Source: Mytilus edulis | Lineage: Eukaryota | Assembly: GCF_963676685.1 (NCBI RefSeq) | Contig: NC_092350.1 | Span: 4,464,001-4,528,000 of the forward strand | DNA length: 64,000 bases | Reading direction: 5' to 3' | The notes under the pieces: model-generated | What the model was told of the DNA's origin: nothing | Seen by the model: the letters and a program-made list of their open reading frames with translations, nothing else | The model's database searches: none | Position numbers and translations under genes: made by a program | Part shown: positions 1-14,145 of the stretch, in pieces | Layout of the letters: every line of letters starts with the position of its first letter | Position numbering within the stretch: position 1 is the first letter of the stretch

Positions 1-2039
1 CGGTGCAGGTTCTCGGCAATCAGTAACTGTATCTTACAAATTATTCCTCATCAATTATTGCAGAATAAATTGGTCTGAATCAATTATTGCAGACTAAATT
101 TTATAAAATTTACCATTCGAAAACACTTAATAAATTATTATAATAAACATCGACTTCAAAAAAAAAAGAGTGTTCATATAATAACTGGTGTAAAGTGGTT
201 TTTAACATGAAACTGACATGATTATAAACAGGATAAAGTATTAGCATTTACAGTTTTAAAAAAAATAGTGTCAACCGAACGTTAGAAAAAACCTACAACA
301 TTATGCATGAATCATTCTTTTTTTATGACAATTTAATTCAAACTTCAATTATTGTACAAACATTTTATTGCATAATCGCATTGTAAATTGAACAACGGAG
401 AGTAAAGTGTGATACATTTATCAGATAATCAGTGAGAAAACGTATCTAAATATGGCCCCCTGCTATGGCTGTAAGCATAGACCTGCATGACAAATTAACA
501 TTGACATCTAGTTTGTTTTCGTTTGTAAAATATAGGCTTCCGCTATGTAAATAATAATTTGTGATTTTTTAGTGTGCATGGGGTCCGACATTTGGAAAGC
601 TTCTTTCTTTTTAAATTGATATACACCATCGAATTAGGAAAACTTGGTGTAAATATAGTCAATTAAAGGGTCAGATTTATTGTATAAAGGTTATCAACGG
701 GGATTATCTAAAACTTAGGAAAGTTCACACGATATAAATTAGTCTGAAATAGCAAGTTACTGCTTATAAGGAAGTTACTAAACAAATTTTACTATAATGG
801 CGAAGGTTCGTCGTGTGTATAAAAGTTAAGGCACTGCCTATGATATGGCGTGACCGTAAATGATTATATTTTTTCACGAATGAGGAAGATTTCCCTCTTA
901 ACATTTGTTGGGGCATACAATAGAGAGAGAAAAGTGCCTCCATACGCTCGTTGCTATTTTACTATCTTGCAAAAATACGACCGTTCTTTTTTCGAATCTT
1001 TCATCCGCCACTCATGTATTCTCTTTTTAATAATAAAAAAAACAACAACAACACCACATGACTTCACCTCCTCAGACCTCATATTGAGGCAACATGTTGT
1101 AAACACATATAGTGGCTACATGTTGTAAAATACTAATAATCATTTGTGTAATCATTGCGGTAATTTGTAAGATCTATGACATTAATTTTGTCAATTTAAG
1201 TGAATATAAAGCACCGCACTCTATGTGAGGCATAGTCATCGATCATCCTAACTATAGTGTTGATTTTATAAACTAATCGTACTTAAAACCACAAATTTAT
1301 GTTAACCGCAGCGCACAACCGTGACAATTTCATTCTGGATTGATGTATTGTTTAGGGTATAAAGTTATGGATAAAACTCAAACAGAAAGCAGGGGGTTTC
1401 AATAGTTCAACGGGTAAACTGATATATACAAAGAACTTAATTCTTTTACATAAAAGTGTCATATATTTGGTATAAAATTACATTTCATTGGTCTCCTAAG
1501 GTCTACACGTAGATTTGATGGGTCAGTTCTTTGTTTTATATTAACTGACAGAATCCGTTTCAAACAATAAGCATGTCGTTAATTTGCACCTGTACAGGTA
1601 AGACACAATTAATCCCTGTCTACAGGTGAGAGAACTAAATCCATGTCTAAGTCCTATGTTTGACGAATGTTTCCTTTCTATATAACCGAGACCTCTTGAA
1701 AGTGTAAATATCCTGTTGTTACTACTTATACCAAGATCTTTTTAACCTATAATTATAATGTATTAAGGAGATATATAGGAGCGTAGGCGTAGGTGTAATT
1801 ATAATAATTCACCAATCCTGATACATGTATGTAATGAAATGTTTTAGACAAAAATAAACAAAAATCAGACATCTTACATGTATTGGTATGCAAAGCAAGG
1901 TACATGTAGCATATCAATTTTAAAATGCTTCATATTAACTTATTTTGTTGTAATGAATAACATATTAATTATACATTGTAAGGTTCAGATTGAAATAAGG
2001 TACTTTATTTACTTTTTTACATGTCTACAGAAACATTAT

Positions 2040-2178
2040 CAGTGGCGGATCCAGAAATTTTCATAAGTGGGGGCCTACTGACTGCCCCGCTTAGGTCATG
2101 CTACAGTGATTCTCTATATAAGCAACCAATATTTTCAAGAAAAGAGGAGGGGGCGGGCCCCCTCTACATCCGTCTCTG
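2040..2178. mobile_element. Short MITE-like insertion
   Basis: Ends CAGTGGCGGAT... and ...ATCCGTCTCTG are imperfect inverted repeats, and ATTAT flanks both sides. A similar end (GGATCCGCCCCTG) occurs near 13093. Confidence 0.5.
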
Positions 2179-3680
2179 ATTATCATTATTTTTGACAGAT
2201 GCGTAATCAACAAAGTTAGCCCGTCAAGCATTTATCCGTTTGGTTCAGTTTAAAAAGCTACGTTGGTACACGGTGCAACTTTTGAAGCAGGAACTCACTA
2301 TTAAAATAAAACATGTAGGAGGGACACTTAAAATTGTTTTACTTCGTATACATCAGATGACTTTTCTTTGTTAAAAAACTTCTTAGGAAATGTATATATG
2401 TCTAACAAATTGTAACATTTCAACAATTCATACAGACAAAAAAGCGCCGTCTAAAACCCGAACAGACAAAAAGTGCCCTCTAAAATACCCATATCAATTC
2501 GACATCCGTTTGTTACAATACACTGACAAAAAGTGAGTTGTCCAGTTATAAGTCCAGAATCTCTTTTAACCTCTTGTTGACCTTTAATTTGAATATTAGT
2601 CTGTTCATTTAGACAATACATGAATCACTAGGCATTGTTCAGGAGTGTTGTTGTTTTCAATTCAGCACAAAACAAGAAGGACGACGTTTTAATGTCTCGG
2701 CAGTATCAACAGCTTGAAGGTCTCGGCGGTTAACTGTTTACGCAGCTTAGTCTTTCTATAAACAATACCACATTAAATGAAGAGCGGGCTTTGTTCCGTT
2801 TCCAACACGACATCTTAAATCTCACCAACCACTTGATCTTGACAATCTATATCATAAATATTATCCTTTCATAGCTAAGGAATGAAAAAACTTGACCTCT
2901 TAAACCGTAAATTAATGCCTCTTATAAATTAAATGATTTTTTTAATCACTAAAATTACAAAGAAAAAAATAATTTCATTTAATAGAGTAAAAGCTTGTAG
3001 ATGAACAATCATTACCATTGGAAAAATATTGTATTAATGGCTAAGCAAATGAACTGAATCAAATAATAAGTTTATAAGATCGTGAAATTAAAACGGCATT
3101 TTTATAATTTTTATAATGAAACACAAACTTTAAGAAAAGTAGCGTCTGCTATACCCGTCGGCATGCTGTAACAGAACGTCTATAATTAATAATAATTATT
3201 ACGGTAAACGGATGCATGGTCTTCATGGGAGGAGTTGGAATTTTATAAATGAAATAACTTATGTGACAAAAAGCGAAAATAAATAATCTGACAAAAGTTA
3301 GTATGATAGAATGAATATCCTGGCACCTAAAGTATAAATAATTCTAAATGAAACGAAGGGAAAATATTTCTTCCCAGTGTCATTGCCTTAGACAAACGAA
3401 CTAAAAGTATGACTTATATGATCTTGTCTTAATCAATATTGATCGTTCCTCGCAACAGCTCAATATCAATACTCGAAACAAAAAAACTTACAAGTTTCAA
3501 ATTAATTAGATAATTCCCTAAACACCTTACAACAAAACAATTTGAATATAAAAGGATGCAATTAGACATCATAGATCGTGCATGGACTGACACAACTGTT
3601 GCGTAAAGAAAGGGACAAAGTTATTATCAGAATAATAAGACAGATTCAGATTCAATATTTTATTAAAGTCTCACTACTTG

Positions 3681-4105
3681 CAATACATAAATATACAGTA
3701 CATACAGAGTATATACACAATATAAAACAGACAATACATAAATATACAGTACATACAGAGTATATACACACTATAAAACAGACAATACATAAATATACAG
3801 TACATACAGAGTATATACACAATATAAAACAGACAATACATAAATATACAGTACATACAGAGTATATACACAATATAAAACAGACAATACATAAATATAC
3901 AGTACATACAGAGTATATACACAATATAAAACAGACAATACATAAATATACAGTACATACAGAGTATATACACAATATAAAACAGACAATACATAAATAT
4001 ACAGTACATACAGAGTATATACACAATATAAAACAGACAATACATAAATATACAGTACATCCAGAGTATATACACAATATAAAACAGACAATATACAAAT
4101 ATAAA
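3681..4105. repeat. Minisatellite, 51-bp unit, about 8 copies
   Basis: Unit CAATACATAAATATACAGTACATACAGAGTATATACACAATATAAAACAGA read directly. Confidence 0.95.
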
Positions 4106-4397
4106 ATACAAGTACCATTCTATTAAGAATTATGAGAGACTGTAAAACAATTTCTATATAAAACTAGTTAGAATACATACGATTATTAAAACAAATAGTA
4201 AAATTGAGCGATATGACTCTCATATAAAACCGGATGTTGGTCAATGTTGGTCTTTATGACTGTCTGGTGACTTTGAAATTGATAAATTTTGGGTGAAATT
4301 CGATGATTTGTAATTATGGTGGGACGAAAGATAAAATTGGAACTCCTGCTAAAGGAACACACTATCCGAGTTAATATATACGTATCAAGAGAGGCGG

Positions 4398-4550
4398 CAC
4401 AACGATTACATTCACCGACACAACGATTACATTCACCCACACAACGATTACATTCACTGACACAACAATTACATTCACCGACTCAACGATTACATTCACC
4501 GACACAACGATTACATTCACCGACACAACGATTACATTCACCGACACAAC
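4398..4550. repeat. Minisatellite, 21-bp unit, about 7 copies
   Basis: Unit ACACAACGATTACATTCACCG. Confidence 0.95.
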
Positions 4551-5460
4551 AAAATCAAAGTTGTAAGGAACCATGAAATTGAAGACTTTTTAAAGATGAA
4601 AATATATTTGATTTCAGATATATCTTCTGAACTACAGAAAATTCATTGTTTCCACAGTTTTGACTACATGATGTCGCAACTTTATTGTTTAACAATTTCT
4701 AAAAAGTGAACGTTTGGTTTGACTACATTGTTCATAATAAGTTATAACAAGGACACATTCAGTACAGACGACGATGAATCACGGATTTGTATTTAGACTA
4801 TTATACTAGACATAGGAAATTAAAGTCAACCTTCCTATGTAGAAAAATTCAAAATACAACTTCTACGTAAAAATATTTCGTTCCGATAAAATGTATACGA
4901 GGTATGACGACCTTGCATGGGTTTCGTTGAATTCTAGATCAGCTAGGTCACATGGCATATATACCTTGAGGTTTAACATCTCGAGAGCCAACCTTTTTCT
5001 TGCGAGGTGTTGATCGTAAACAAAAGATGTCAGTGCAGGGCTCAGTATGATTTTCACCAAATCTTTTCAACTAAAATCCTGCATTGTGTGTACTAAGCCC
5101 CTCTGTGACACGTTTTACAATACAATGTTTATACCCCTGTATTAACCGATTTAAAAAGTAAATATATGAAATATAACAACAAAAGAAAGAAAGTTAAAAA
5201 TGAGGAGACGGGTAATTTGTTTTTTTTTTATTACGGGTGCCAACTTTGATGCCACGACCAGACTGCGGTTTTCGGAACTTATCTTAATTATATATGTTAA
5301 CACCGAGCATCGTATTTTTACAGATTTAGCCGTTTTAATTAGCAATATATTTTTTTGATATTCTCGTAATGATTTTAATCAGCCTTACGATTGCTTCTGA
5401 GTGTTTTTTTTAATGCAATTTGTATTTGTAATAGTTAGAAAAAGAGTTATAAGAATATAT

Positions 5461-5740
5461 AAAAAGAAGAGATGGTATGATTGCCAATGAGACAACTCTC
5501 CACAAGAGACCAAAATGACACAGAAATTAACAACTATAGGTCACTGTACGGCTTTCAACACTGAGCAAATCCCAAACCGCATAGTCAGCTATAAAGGGCC
5601 CCGAAATGACAATGTAAAACAATTCAAACGAGAAAACTAACGGTCTTATTTATATAAAAAAAAATGAACGAAAAACAATATGTAACACATAAACAAACGA
5701 CAACCATATAATTACAGGTTCCGGACTTTGGACAGGCACT
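5461..5740 (+). repeat. Abundant interspersed SINE-like host repeat
   Basis: GGTATGATTGCCAATGAGACAACT...ACAACTATAGGTCAC...; homologous copies at about 26210, 30530-30900 (reverse) and 34270. Confidence 0.75.
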
Positions 5741-8548
5741 TATATTTTAACATTATTAATTTTGTCTTTGGTGAAGTAATCTTATAGGCAGCAATACATT
5801 GACATCTCCCCTGTTTTAAGATTGGTACAATGTATAGGTGCATGTTATTAATTATCATTGACAACTTATTTACAATGAGACGGAATATAACCAGAATTCA
5901 AAATAAAACGATATGCCAAGTGTATACATACTACCGTCACTTCATCTTTAAAACACCAACCTTGATATATAGGGTATCTAGTGTAGATATGGAAATATAT
6001 CTGATAAAAAACTTAAAACTATTGACTGTATGTCTGTAAGTTTACAGTCCACAACCTCACAATATAACTAAATAAAAGATAATTATTATATGTAGTATAG
6101 TTTTAATTCTTTGGAAGGCCACTAAAACATTAAAATCAAAGTACAGAGCAAAATAGAAATATACAAATCTAATTGATATCATGGAATCAGTTTTGTTTTA
6201 TATGCGCTGACTTTAAGGATTTCAACACCTATACTGACATCGTAAATTAATCCATTAGGATTAGTATTGTAGTTGCATTTATTAATTAAGAATTATTTAT
6301 GAGCCCCAAGTTAGATTTTAACTAAGTTAGTATATTAAGATATATGAATTTCATCCGGGACTAATACATGATCATATAAAATTAAAACCAATACACCTCT
6401 GGTCAATGTTTTTCACATATTTCAGATGGAATTACAAGAGCATATAATAGAATTATTTGAAAATTAATTTACAATTATTCATATTAAGATAGGCGGATTA
6501 ATTAAATGACAGCTTTAAGAGAAAGAAATACTTTAACCTTTAAGGGTTACTTTAGACATTTTGACTTTTAACAATAGGATTAAGGTGGCAGGTAGAAGGT
6601 TTACCTTACAGAAGCCGACACATATTGAGCTGCCAGGGAGAAATTGGTGTCAGCTCTCATCTAAATGACAGTTAAACTGTAAAAAATGAGGACACTTTAA
6701 CATGGAGAAAATTAATGTCCGGCGCATTCTCTATTCTCCATGCACTTAAGTAGTAAGCCTTTGACGAGCTTTCAAAAATATGCATAAACTGTCTGGATTT
6801 TATTTCTGTAGCTATAAAACTGGATATCATTTGACATAGATTGTTTTCTGAACTGGAGTGTTGCCTTTTAGGACTATAAAAGACTCTTTAAAATATAGAC
6901 AAGGACATTTTTATGTCATTTTGAAATATGAGAAGAAAATATTGAAATGAAATTAATATTAGTAAAACTTATTTTTCTTTATATCCCAATAAAATGATAA
7001 GAAACCGACCATAAAACCTGGTTTAATTAAAGTTTTCTATCATTAAAAAATAATGTTCTTTCGAAAAGCAACATTAATAATGATATATGTTAGAAAACAA
7101 ATTAAATCGTGAAATAGGCTTTCGAATTCAATTTTGTTACACATTACAAATCTACCCCTTTAATAGTTATCACGGCAATCTTAACGTACTTTGTCACACA
7201 TATTGTACAAAAACTAATTTATGAATGAAAATTTACATACTATTCATATACATTTTTATGAATGAAACTACCGTATAAAAATTGTCATTCAAGCGATTAT
7301 TTGGTCGTTATCGTTGTAAGTATCAGATTTCAGAAGCCTTGGTACTTAGACAGATCATGTTAATGCCGTTGATTGTCTTGAGAGGCATGTTATGATTGGA
7401 TGTTCCCACAAGATATAACCGATTACAGAGCTTATTCATATCTATTTACTCTTATCATACAAAAAAGTTGACATCCTAAATAAAGGTGGCGATAAATATG
7501 ACAAAACAATTTATTTTAACGATACAAACAACTGAATAGAGTTCTGGGAGCTTATTCACAAAGCATGCGTTAGCTAACGGACCCATTAACTTAACGGAGA
7601 CGTTAACGGGTACGTCCGTTAAAATTTAACGTGGTATTCACAAACGTTTGCGTTAAAATTGTGATAACGGGTGCGCTATTAACGAGTGCGTTAGTATGCA
7701 AATTAGACGTAATTGATGAGTCGGGTGTTTTGATTGGTTTATAGAATAAACGGGTAAATACAGTAAAAAATTAATATTTACATTTTTATCATAACGGTTT
7801 AAATCAAGTGTTGTTTTAAGATTTGTGTAAAAATAATATTAAAAAGTATGCTTATAAAATTTGCTGCAAGACGTCTAAAACAAAACATAATCAACAATTT
7901 AACTGATTTAGTCTTGGTTAGCTAGTGTAAATAGTGTGGTCCTGACGGTTATAATTTCTCAAATCTTCTCAATTTATTATTTACTGCTATTGGTTACAGT
8001 ATAAACAAAAAGGGTTACATGATACACCTTTATATATTGGATTCATGGTGATATATCATTAACGTACTTTCCTGTTACAAATGAAATAAGGGAAAAAATA
8101 ATCCAACATGTGAGGGAATATACTTGATGTTGGGTTCACAAGAAAGAGGACATCTTATAAAAATTATTGAAACCTTAAAAACAACGAAATTTCAATTATA
8201 AAAATGATAATAGAAGAGACAAAATATTGACTTCATATACAAAAATGTTTCAGTATATTCTTGTATGACATTATCAAAGTTGCATCTCTTATATGTTGTT
8301 CCAAAAGTACTGTTTGTTTTTGAATGGCTTATCCAAAACTGTTGATCGGTCACCAACTTTCAGTTAAAACCTCAAAATAATAGTTGTTCCATGTACATCC
8401 TTCACTGTATCATTGTTCGTTTGGAACATAGTAAATACAACGAATTTGTACAAATAATGTTTTCACGAAAGAGACATGCACGAATATTCACGTTCTTGTA
8501 CATGACGTCATGTATGACATGTATGACGTTTTCATAACGGAGAAAACA

Positions 8549-11500
8549 ATGGAGCAGGACGATAAAAGTTTAAAGCGAAAGCCAAGATTTACAGAGAAAG
8601 AGGTCGATGCTCTCATTGCTAAAGTACATCAGAATTCAGAAGTTTTATTTTCGAGATTTAGTGACACAATCACCAACAAAAAGAAAAAAATGGCATGGGG
8701 TGAGGTACAAACCTCTGTTAACGCAACTTCAGTTGTACCAAGATCTGTGGATGAAGTAAGAAAGAAATGGGATGATGTCAAAAGACTCACAAAGAAAAGA
8801 GCAGCTGGTGTTAGGAAGGACCAAACTCTAACTGGAGGTGGAGAGAGGAGTATTTTGCCGTTGACAAATACAGAAGAAATTGTAGTTTCCCTTATTGGGG
8901 AAGAGAGAATATACGGCATTCCAGATGGAATATGTGCTTTTCAACAGCAGCTCAAGGTTGGTTCATATATTCTATAACTGGTACAGTAATTAATCCATAA
9001 AAGATATCTCAGTTGTAATATAATGGCGTATTTTTTTTTGCTTTTACAACTAAAGACCCTGAAACCTCAATACTATAACATATAAAAAAATATTGACTCT
9101 CTAATCTCACTTTTTATACGACTCTCTAATCTCACTTGTCTTACGCCTCTAAATCTAACGTTTCTTACGGCTCTCTAATCTAACGTTTCTTGCGACTCTC
9201 TAATCTCACGTTTTTTATGGCTCTCTAATCTCACGTTTATTACGGCTCTCTAATCTAACGTTTCCTACGGTTCTATAATCTCATCTTTCTTACAACTTTC
9301 TAATCTCACATTTCTTACAACTCTCTAATCTCACGTTTCTTGCTACTCTCTAATCTCACGTTTATTTCGGCTCTCTAATCTCACGTTTATTACGGCTCTC
9401 TAATCTAACGTTTCCTACGGCTCTATAATCTCATCTTTCTTACAACTCTCTAATCTCACATTTCTTGCAACTCTCTAATCTCACGTTTCTTGCTACTCTC
9501 TAATCTCACGTTTCTTGCGACTCTCTAATCTCACGTTTATTATGGATCTCTAATCTCACGTTTATTATGGCTCTCTAATCTCACGTTTATTACGGCTCTC
9601 TAATCTCACGTTTATTAAGGCTCTCTTATCTCACCTTTCTTACGACTCTCTAATCTCACCGCTTTCTAACGTGGGCGCTATACAGTCAGTAGAGATAGTT
9701 TTTGAAACTTTAATAAAAAATCTTGCTTACATGATGTATTTGTGCACCACTTATTTCATATCTGCATCTGAATGATTATGATACCTCGTTCACATGTATA
9801 ATTAATTCAAACTAAATTAGAATCGAATGCGTATCGAATTCGCATATTTCGTTCAATGACTCTTCGTTATATATAAAATCGCATTTTAATTTGCTATAAA
9901 GTCACATTATCCGCTTTAATTTAGATTAAACTGTGGTGTGGAGAATTTTTAAATTGTTATTCTGATATCCTGAACCAGTGCTTTGACGGAAAAATTCAAA
10001 CACTATAATCATTTCTCGATTCTTTAAAATTAAAAACGTAACCTGAATTCGTGTCCGCAAAAATATCAAAAGGGCAAAACCGTAATGACGTCATAGATAT
10101 ATTGACGTCATATATATCTTACATACATATCTATATTTCAAAATTGTTTCTTTTAATTCTATAATGCCGAAAAAAACTCATAGAATCGCAAAATGAAACT
10201 TTTATAGCCTTTTGAGATAGTTTCGAATGTGAGTTAACCTTCTCGAGTTAGATATTGATAGTGCGAATCGAATTAAAATTCCGTGTGAACTCAGCCTTAC
10301 TTTGCAATGATCTAGTCATATCTGCACATTATACAATATATCGCTTTTTTATTAAGTCTCCCAAACAAAGTTTGGAGACTTATTGTTTTTGCTCAGTTCT
10401 TATTATTTTTATTATTCTTCTTCTTCTTTTTTTTTCTTCTTCTTTTTCTTCCGCCACTTTTAAAAATGAACTTGTCCGCAGCGTTTCTCCAAAACCGCTT
10501 GTCAGATTTACTTAGGGGTTCATAGAATGTTAGACTAATATGTCTAGGTGAGCCATCAATCTTTCGTTTGTGCATTTGGGTCTATTAAGGGGTATTTTGG
10601 GGGGCAGAACGAAGGGAGGGGTTTACTATAGAACCCTATGGGATTTTTTTTTTATAAATTTTTCAAATGAATATAACTTGAAAACTGTAAGTGATAAACA
10701 CACGCAATCTTCAGAAATGATCATAGGACAATAAAACAAATCACATGAAATATAGGGTGAGTCCCTGGGGGGTCATCCCCACGCCCTTCAATTTGAGAAT
10801 ATGCTATTATCTTGTAAACAGTCCTGATTCCCACCCCTAAACCATATATATTCTTGAATAGGACGACAAAACAAATCAAGCGTAATTAAAGGGAAGTCCC
10901 TAGGGGTCACCCCCACCCCGTTCAATTTTAGAATGTGCTATTATCTTGTAAACGGTCCAGATCCCCACCCCTAAACCATATATATTCTTGTAGGGGACAA
11001 TAAAACAAATGAAATGAGATAAAAGGGAAGTCCTGAGGGGGTCATCCCACCCCCTCTTGTTTGAAAACTTGTAAACGGTCAACATCCCCACCCCTAAACC
11101 ATATATATTCTTGTAGGGGACAATAAAACAAATAAAATGAAATAAAAGGGAAGTCCCTAGGGGGTCACCCCACCCCACTCTTGTATGAAAACTTGTTAAT
11201 GGTCAACATCCCCACCCCTAAAACATATATATTCTTGTATGGGACAATAAAACAAATCAAATGAAATGTAGGTAAAGTCCCTGGGGTCACCACCACCCCC
11301 TCCTGTTTGAATACTTGTAAATGGTGGAGATCCCCACCAGTAAGCCATATATATTCTTGTATGGGACAAAAAATCAAATCAAATGAACATGGGACCATAT
11401 GAATGGCGAGTTATAGGAGCTTTGTTTGGGAGACTTCGTAACAGCATCCTGTTACAATTACTTCTTGTTATTTCAATTATTTTTGGAGGTTTATTCAGTC

Positions 11501-14033
11501 AATTGCTGACTTTACAAGGGTCTAGTTATAATTCGTTTAAATTTGCTCGCAGTACCACTTTTTTTTTTAAATAGGCGGATTGTATATTCAATGAATTTTT
11601 TTGTATATCATGTCTAAATGGTACTAAAATCATATTTATTGAAATGATACATGTCTTTTCTCAGGCAACAGAAGCAGTTGAATTCCCTACCAGCAGTAAT
11701 GAATGTAGCTTACCAGTGGGAACCTCCATGACTACTATACCTAATAGCGTACTTGTACCGTCAGAAGAAGTTACAATTACTACGGCTACTACGCCTGGTT
11801 CTGGTAAAAAAAGGAGTTCCACACCAATCAAAATTGACAGGTATATTCACACATAAGATAGATTAAAATCAATAATTAACAACGTGTGCGCATTCAAAAA
11901 TTACAAAGGTTGAAATATACCCGATGTAAAAAAAAATGAAATAAATTCACAAGTTACTATGGTGGAGTTGAACAGTGCGTCGAAAAAACGCCGCTCAGTC
12001 ATTTTGAAATTCATATCTTTACAATAACACATTGCTTAGGCTGACGATGACAATCATGACACCTTCAATGCGACATAGGATTGAGCAAGAACGTATTGAC
12101 TTCTATTTCACTATTCCACCAAACAGAAATTAATACTCTATAGACTATCATGAAAAAAGTTCCACGGCAATATTATTTACCTACGAAAACAGGTTCAATC
12201 CTAAACGTCCCAGCTTATTTTAAAATAACATAGCTGAATAATGATCTACAGTCAGTATGAGCTCTAGCTATATTTTAAGTCTAAGGTACGAACCATTTGA
12301 TTTGAGGAGACAGTCTGAGATATTTAAGAGAAAAAAATGACTTTGATTTTTGCCTTAAACAAAAATTTTGGCCGTAACTGGACTGAAAACAATAATCTAA
12401 ATTCTTGTCCACTGTTTTTGCTATTAGAAACGAAAATTTCCAACAGAATTGTTTAGCATTAAATGAACATGATGTAAAAAAAACGGGCACATTTTTTGGT
12501 GGCAGGGGTTTGCATGTGGTTTCACCGAACTGATATATTAATTTTTTTTTTAAGACCAGACTGTAACCTGCCTGCTGGGTGTGGCTTTTATGTCTCAATT
12601 TGTCGACCGTCATTCATAAATTCGTTGTCATTTCAGACCGTCATTCGTAGCTTTTGGTTGATTTGGAAACCCTAACTTATCTTAAATTTGGATAAAAAAT
12701 GCTTGTTTGTCTTTTTAAACTGGTGTCGGTCGTATTGTAAGTTTTACTGAATAGCCCGGCGTATATCTTGTTTACAACAAGAAATATGTGAGGTCATGAT
12801 AACTAAACATAAAACAAAACGGCGAGAATTTTCAATGTCTATTTTTTACTGACAAGTCCCACATCAAATTTATCAGTACATAGCTTTGGATCCATACTAT
12901 CATTTTATGATAGACAATTAATAGAGAGTACAGCATCGAAAATGTCCAACCCTTATACTTTACAGCAACTACAAAATATACATGCCCCACGCCAGGAACC
13001 TTTAAAAAAGTTCATATTACACATATTTTATGTTTTTATCCCCAAAAAAGATCCCAAAACTTTAAAAAATTCGCCTCCCTTTCAAAAATCCTGGATCCGC
13101 CCCTGAAACCAAAATCATATATCATATCTTTATAGCTACTACACCTATACTACGCCTGGTTCTGGTAAAAAGGGGTTCCACACCAATCAAAATTGACATT
13201 TATATTCATACATGTATAAGATAGATTACAATCAATAATTAACAACGTGTGCGCATTCAAAAATTACAAAGATTGAAATATACCCGACCTAAAAACAAAA
13301 TGAAATAAATTCAAAAGTTACTAACTGCAAGTTAAGAAACCAACACCATATATCATATCTTAGTTGTAACATTTCACTAAATACAAAAAAGAAGAAAGAA
13401 AAAAAGTAGCCAGTTGTTCCACATGTATTTTGATTACAAATATGTTTAACCCAGTCGCAATGTTGAGCCTGTCCAAAGTCTTGTGGTTTATTTTTAATTC
13501 TTGTTCATTTAGATGTTTTAGAGTTTAGTGTGACGTCCATTTTCACTAAACTAGTTTATATTTTTGATAAGGGGTCAACTGAATCCCTAAACGTTGCGTG
13601 ATTTTCTCGCTGTGTTGAAGACCCCATGTTGGCCTTTGGCTTATTTCTGCAATATGGTCGGGTTGTTGTCTCTTTGACACATTCCTCATTTCCATTCTCT
13701 ATTTATATGTGCTCATACAAACAAGCTGATTTTACATATTTTTCCTTTTATCATTGTAGTATCCAGTGTGAACTATTATCTGTAGAAAAAGAAAGACTGT
13801 CAACAGAAAAGAAAAGATTAAGGATTGAAGAAGATAGACTAAGGTTGGAAAGGGAAAGATTTGAAGAACTAAAAAAAATATCTGGAATTCTGCTACGAAG
13901 AAACACAAGACCTCAAATTGATTCACAATTGGATGTCCCTAGTACACCACCAACAACAGACAGAAGCAGCTCCCAGTATCAATCTGGGGAACCAGATTAT
14001 AGTTATATGTATGCCTCGCTTCTGCTAGACTAA
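8549..14033 (+). CDS. Harbinger Myb/SANT-like (trihelix, MSANTD/NAIF1-type) DNA-binding protein, 3 exons: 8549-8956, 11665-11840, 13760-14033; about 285 aa
   Basis: RKPRFTEKE...AWGEV...RSVDEVRKKWDDVK domain; GT-AG junctions with matching phases (0 and 2); C-terminal coiled coil EKERLSTEKKRLRIEEDRLRLERER; AATAAA near 14059. Confidence 0.88.
9095..9660. repeat. Minisatellite, 25-bp unit, about 22 copies, in Myb intron 1
   Basis: Unit GGCTCTCTAATCTCACGTTTATTAC with variants. Confidence 0.92.
10350..11469 (+). mobile_element. Non-autonomous Helentron/HINE (DINE-1/pearl-like) element nested in the Harbinger
   Basis: 5' AAGTCTCC with nearby inverted GGAGACTT, TTC/TTA microsatellite, about 120-bp core tandem repeats, 3' GGGAGACTT plus hairpin GTAACAG-catc-CTGTTAC, T-rich flanks. 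Confidence 0.75.
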
Positions 14034-14145
14034 ACATTCTCTTAAGTTTTATTATTAAAATAAACGTTGACAGTATTGTACACATTTATTAATTTATATG
14101 ATACTGATTTGACTTTATAACTATACTCTTGTTTGAACTTATTTT

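Noticed and set aside
1573-1597. ATG...TGCACCTGTACAG-GTAAG as first exon of the LRR gene (phase compatible)
   Set aside because: Only 8 codons, no signal peptide, and the ACCTGTACAGGT palindrome looks repeat-derived; unsupported
3578-4576. ORFs with repeated peptides (IHKYTVHTEY..., QRLHSPT...)
   Set aside because: Translations of minisatellites, open on both strands
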